This document shows positions 57,993 to 61,393 of a stretch of DNA of 61,393 bases, piece after piece (position 1 is the first letter of the stretch; every line of letters starts with the position of its first letter). The translations under genes and the position numbers were made by a program. Under the pieces are notes generated by a model. It made no database searches. It had not been told where the DNA came from and worked only from the letters and a program-made list of their open reading frames with translations. Source of the stretch: Ktedonobacterales bacterium (GTDB taxonomy: Bacteria > Chloroflexota > Ktedonobacteria > Ktedonobacterales > JADMIN01). The DNA lies in the NCBI GenBank assembly GCA_052143275.1, contig JBKQTH010000310.1, positions 1-61,393 on the forward strand, given 5' to 3'.

Positions 57993-58736
57993 TTGTGGCT
58001 CAGATTAGCGATGTTCCTTCGACGATGTCACTCGAAGGAATATGGTTCCGACGACCCACAGGCAATCGTGAGTGGGGCAGCACCGGCGCGCGATGTGTGG
58101 CTGGCGGCGCATTGCACGCACGGCGCCGTGGATAGGAGATTGGCACCTTTGGAGGACATCAGCACAGTCTTTCTTGATCGGGACGGCGTGATCAACCGCC
58201 TGAGATCAGATTACGTCACTTCCTGGGACATGTTCGAGTTCTTGCCGCACGTGAAAGAAGCGATACGGATGCTGAGTACGGCCGGGATGCGGGTCGTGGT
58301 CGCCACGAACCAGCGCGCCGTCGCTCGTGGATTGCTGAGTGTCGCCGAACTCATGAGGATACACGACAACATGTGCGCCGAGTTAGCGGCGGCCGGGGCT
58401 ACGATAAACGCTGTCTACTATTGCCCGCACGATAAGGGGCTCTGCGCCTGCCGTAAGCCAGAAGTGGGGATGTTCCTGCAGGCGCAGGGTGATTTCCCGG
58501 AGATCAACTTCCGTCGATCAGTGGTCGTCGGCGACTCGCTCACGGACATGCAAGCGGGCAGACGCCTTGGATGCCGGCTGATCCTCATTACCGACGCAGG
58601 ACGCACAGACCGCGCTGACGAAGGCCTAGACGCGGTACAGGCCGAAGGAATACTTCTGGATGGGTCTGCGCGTACGCTATATGAGGCGGTCGCCCGGTAC
58701 ATTGTCCCGGTTTCTGTGCGCATAGCCACTGACTGA
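57993..58736 (+). CDS. gmhB: D,D-heptose 1,7-bisphosphate phosphatase (HAD superfamily); start uncertain
   Basis: VFLDRDGVIN (HAD motif I), VVATNQ, CPHD...CACRKP (GmhB zinc-binding loop) and VVGDSLTDMQAG. The first ~55 aa of the track ORF are probably not translated. Confidence 0.8.
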   Translation: MWLRLAMFLRRCHSKEYGSDDPQAIVSGAAPARDVWLAAHCTHGAVDRRLAPLEDISTVFLDRDGVINRLRSDYVTSWDMFEFLPHVKEAIRMLSTAGMRVVVATNQRAVARGLLSVAELMRIHDNMCAELAAAGATINAVYYCPHDKGLCACRKPEVGMFLQAQGDFPEINFRRSVVVGDSLTDMQAGRRLGCRLILITDAGRTDRADEGLDAVQAEGILLDGSARTLYEAVARYIVPVSVRIATD

Positions 58737-58934
58737 TTGCGGGAGGCTTCGAGTACCTAATACGCTGATTGCACAAAAACTGTTGCGTCTCTGCAGAGCC
58801 TCGTCTAAACATTTTGCGCCCCGGCGCCTGGTCGTAAGCGCGTTATCTGCTGCGCAAGTCCCGCTGACCTGCTAGGTGTATTTCTACCTTTGTGTTCAAT
58901 GAACATTCTGAGTCGTGGACGGCTGAAGCCTGCG

Positions 58935-61160
58935 CTAGTTTGTTGGCCCTGATATTCCCGATGGATGCTGATGCGCTGAAAAGATGGATGTGTCGAAAAT
59001 CAGGAGCAGATATTGCTCGGGCGCGTTCGGCGCGACGTTGAGTATATAGTTGCCCTGCGCATCCTTCTTCAGTGACGTTCCTGATGGGTACTGGATGTCG
59101 CTGGCGAGATGACCGTACTTCTTGATGATGACCTGAGCGGCGGCGGGCGTCGCATCGACACCGAGTGCGACCTGGTGATTATTGGCCCACCAGGAGCCAA
59201 TCCAGCTCGGGATCGTTGTCCAGTTGGCGTCAGGCCTCGTAGGACTGCTCAGCAGCGATGGTGGCAAGACGCCCGCATTGACCAGATCCTGAACGGTGAT
59301 TGACGTGGTGCCAGGAGCCTGAGCATGGGAGGACACATAGATTGCCAGCGCCCGATAGAAGTAATCTGCCTCAGCGGTGAGCTTATCGGTTTTCACCTTG
59401 GTCGGGACACCCCAGAATATGACTAGCCCCTGCTGATCATACGTGGGCGGACCCAACACCCAATCTACCGCTGCGCGCAAGGCTGCTCTGATCGGTTGGC
59501 CATCTGACGAGATGAAGGCAGCCTCCTGGACGTGTAAGGTTGGAAGCGTCGCCTCCAATGCGCCTTCAAAGATGTCCGGCGGGATGTCTGGTACCTGCAT
59601 CGTTGTCAGCATCTGCGGGTTTTCAATGTTCGCGACCGTCGAGCCGTAATTGTTGGGGGAACGGAACCCGTAGACGCCAGCGGAAGCCAGAATCCCCATA
59701 TCCACGTTGACTTGATCCAGTGGGGACAGAAAGACAAGCGCCTTGTTATTCAGATAGGTGTTGGATACAGTTGGATTCGCCAGAATTTGCACGGTTTGAG
59801 GGTACGTGGTGGATGGCAACGGGAAAGTTGGAAACCACAGCAGCGCCACCAGCGCCAACGACGCGACATTGACCACGCGCGCTAGATTGACTCGCGGAAG
59901 ACGCGCCTCACGATCATACCGATTGGCCGCCACCGTCAGTAAGATCACGGCCGTGTACTCAAAGTACAAGCCAAAGCGGGACGGAAGCGTAGCCTGGAGC
60001 AGGGGCAAGTGAGAGAGCGGTCCCCAAGGCATTTGCAAGTCGCTAATATAACCATCAATATGCAGGTTCGCGCCAAGGGATAGCACCATCATCACCACAG
60101 AACTCGACAGCAACACGCGGGTCAGTTTGCTGTTCCAGGTGCGCGCGCCTGCGATGATCAGTAGCACAATCGCAGGTAGCGAGAGATAGCCGTCTATCTC
60201 TGATACGTTGCCCGTGAAGTGCGCCGCGATCTGAGAGGTCGTATTGTCGTGAACCAAGAACAGTGGTGTCGGGATAATGAACGCGAGAAGATCATTGACG
60301 ACAGTCAGTTGGTAGCTGGGATCAACGATCTCTCCGGGACCAACACTCTGCTTGAAGTTGAGCAATCCAGGCGCCATGAGCAGCAGCGGAAGTGCCAGCC
60401 CAACGACAACCTTCAGATTGGCGGACTGCCGCAACTTCGTCCACATCGTCTTCGGCGCAAAGAGACAGGCGCACAAAAAGATGACGACGCCGAAGAGCGC
60501 TGCAGAGAGCGCCAGTTCCAGAGAGAGGTAGAAAATCGCGGTGACACAGAACCCCATACAGAAACCCTCGATCGCCGATGGAGGCTTCTGCGCGGTGAAC
60601 CATCGGGTGATGAGATAGCCGAGGGCGAAGTCAAACCCGATGAACCACAGTTGGAAGTGGCTATAATCCTGAGGGGAGAGGTACGGTGTGAGGACAAAGA
60701 GGGCGGTCCCAATCCACGCGAAGGCGCGATTGACGCCCAATCGCTTGAGTGTGAGGTTGCCGAACACCAGAATCATCAGGTAATTGACGATGAAGATGAG
60801 GTTGGTTGTCGCCGCGACGCCGATGATGCGATAAAGCCAGCCAAACAACAATCCCAGGGTAATGACTGTGGTTTGGCTCATCAGATTCGTTCCGCCGGGA
60901 GCTCCAAACGCGTGGGTAACGAAGAGCGGCTGCTGGTGTGTGATGGCATACCAGACCCAGCCGATGTACCACTGGAACATGCCAGGATCACCAGGCGCGC
61001 CAGGATACGCGGGGGAGACGAACAATGGGCGACCCAAGAATACACGCAAGTAGACAAAGAGCAGGTAGACGGCGATGAACCATTCCGCCACATGCGCCAC
61101 AAGTGATCTAGCATAGGGGCGCGCGCGTGATGGTATGGCTATAGGGACAGCAGCCAGCAT
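58935..61160 (-). CDS. large polytopic membrane protein with C-terminal extracytoplasmic domain (GT-C-like candidate)
   Basis: About 12 or more hydrophobic segments in the N-terminal ~430 aa, with an early loop GAPGDPGMFQWYIGWVWYAI, then a ~300-aa soluble domain. Confidence 0.65.
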   Translation of the reverse strand: MLAAVPIAIPSRARPYARSLVAHVAEWFIAVYLLFVYLRVFLGRPLFVSPAYPGAPGDPGMFQWYIGWVWYAITHQQPLFVTHAFGAPGGTNLMSQTTVITLGLLFGWLYRIIGVAATTNLIFIVNYLMILVFGNLTLKRLGVNRAFAWIGTALFVLTPYLSPQDYSHFQLWFIGFDFALGYLITRWFTAQKPPSAIEGFCMGFCVTAIFYLSLELALSAALFGVVIFLCACLFAPKTMWTKLRQSANLKVVVGLALPLLLMAPGLLNFKQSVGPGEIVDPSYQLTVVNDLLAFIIPTPLFLVHDNTTSQIAAHFTGNVSEIDGYLSLPAIVLLIIAGARTWNSKLTRVLLSSSVVMMVLSLGANLHIDGYISDLQMPWGPLSHLPLLQATLPSRFGLYFEYTAVILLTVAANRYDREARLPRVNLARVVNVASLALVALLWFPTFPLPSTTYPQTVQILANPTVSNTYLNNKALVFLSPLDQVNVDMGILASAGVYGFRSPNNYGSTVANIENPQMLTTMQVPDIPPDIFEGALEATLPTLHVQEAAFISSDGQPIRAALRAAVDWVLGPPTYDQQGLVIFWGVPTKVKTDKLTAEADYFYRALAIYVSSHAQAPGTTSITVQDLVNAGVLPPSLLSSPTRPDANWTTIPSWIGSWWANNHQVALGVDATPAAAQVIIKKYGHLASDIQYPSGTSLKKDAQGNYILNVAPNAPEQYLLLIFDTSIFSAHQHPSGISGPTN

Positions 61161-61227
61161 ATATCCCCACCTTTATGTACAAATTGTCTCAACGAGCGTT
61201 CTAAGTCGTGAAAGGCGAGTGGTTTTC

Positions 61228-61393
61228 CTAGAAGGCGCTAAAGCGGAAGCGCAAGAGCGCGCCCATAGCGGAGAAGGCGTCGCTCAGCTTGATCTTCTTC
61301 CCGCTGTCATAGGTCCGTCTCTCGTACGTAATCGGGACCTCGACGATGCGGCGGTGTTGTCGCAATAATTTGGCGGTTATCTCAGGCTCAAAG
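61228..61393 (-). CDS. GT2 (polyprenol-phosphate glycosyltransferase-like) C-terminal fragment, gene continues beyond the window
   Basis: Minus-strand translation is ...FEPEITAKLLRQHRRIVEVPITYERRTYDSGKKIKLSDAFSAMGALLRFRFSAF*. This is the typical C-terminal end of DPM1/ArnC-like GT2 enzymes. Confidence 0.6.
   Translation of the reverse strand, partial: FEPEITAKLLRQHRRIVEVPITYERRTYDSGKKIKLSDAFSAMGALLRFRFSAF

Noticed and set aside
60219-61106. 295-aa plus-strand ORF rich in charged residues.
   Set aside because: It is antisense to the TM-rich part of the 741-aa membrane protein. Hydrophobic codons read in reverse give this charged pattern.
1-61393. Search by eye for rRNA, tRNA, CRISPR arrays, reverse transcriptase/retron or toxin-antitoxin pairs.
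   Set aside because: I recognised no cloverleaf-like or rRNA-like segments, no direct-repeat/spacer arrays, and no RT or classic TA motifs. A tRNAscan/Infernal run would be needed to be certain.

Overview
This is a GC-rich bacterial chromosomal segment. Its gene content (HTH/NB-ARC/TPR regulator, WTGTD..LNV repeat proteins, several TnpB elements, many YfhO/GT-C-like membrane proteins) looks most like Chloroflexota, class Ktedonobacteria; that placement is inference only. I found no rRNA, tRNA or CRISPR array.

The left third (1-20.5 kb) is accessory and decayed:
- A DNA-ligase remnant, a STAND-type HTH regulator, a PhoU-like gene preceded by PHO-box-like direct repeats, and two CMD/AhpD-family genes.
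- A TusA/DsrE pair.
- An IS200/IS605 element with a frameshifted tnpA and an intact tnpB.
- Hsp20 and methyltransferase fragments.
- A dinD gene split by a ~3.8 kb element that carries only two translationally coupled tyrosine recombinases (Tn554-like).

The right two thirds (20.6-61.4 kb) form one large glycan-assembly locus:
- Sugar supply from rmlCABD (dTDP-L-rhamnose) and hddC-hddA-gmhA-gmhB (GDP-D-glycero-D-manno-heptose).
- Export by a Wzm/Wzt ABC exporter.
- Many GT2/GT4 enzymes, including two paralogous methyltransferase-GT2-GT4 trifunctional proteins with a conserved leader.
- A methyltransferase/coiled-coil/GT protein and a Ppm1-like synthase fused to a polytopic domain.
- Several GT-C/YfhO-like membrane proteins, one interrupted by an in-frame TAG.
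- An IS607 (serine recombinase plus TnpB) inserted in the locus.

The locus resembles Gram-positive S-layer glycosylation (slg) clusters.

A CMD/AhpD-family gene has an in-frame TGA exactly at the second Cys of CxxCxxxH, with a SECIS-like hairpin downstream. It is either a candidate selenoprotein or a pseudogene.
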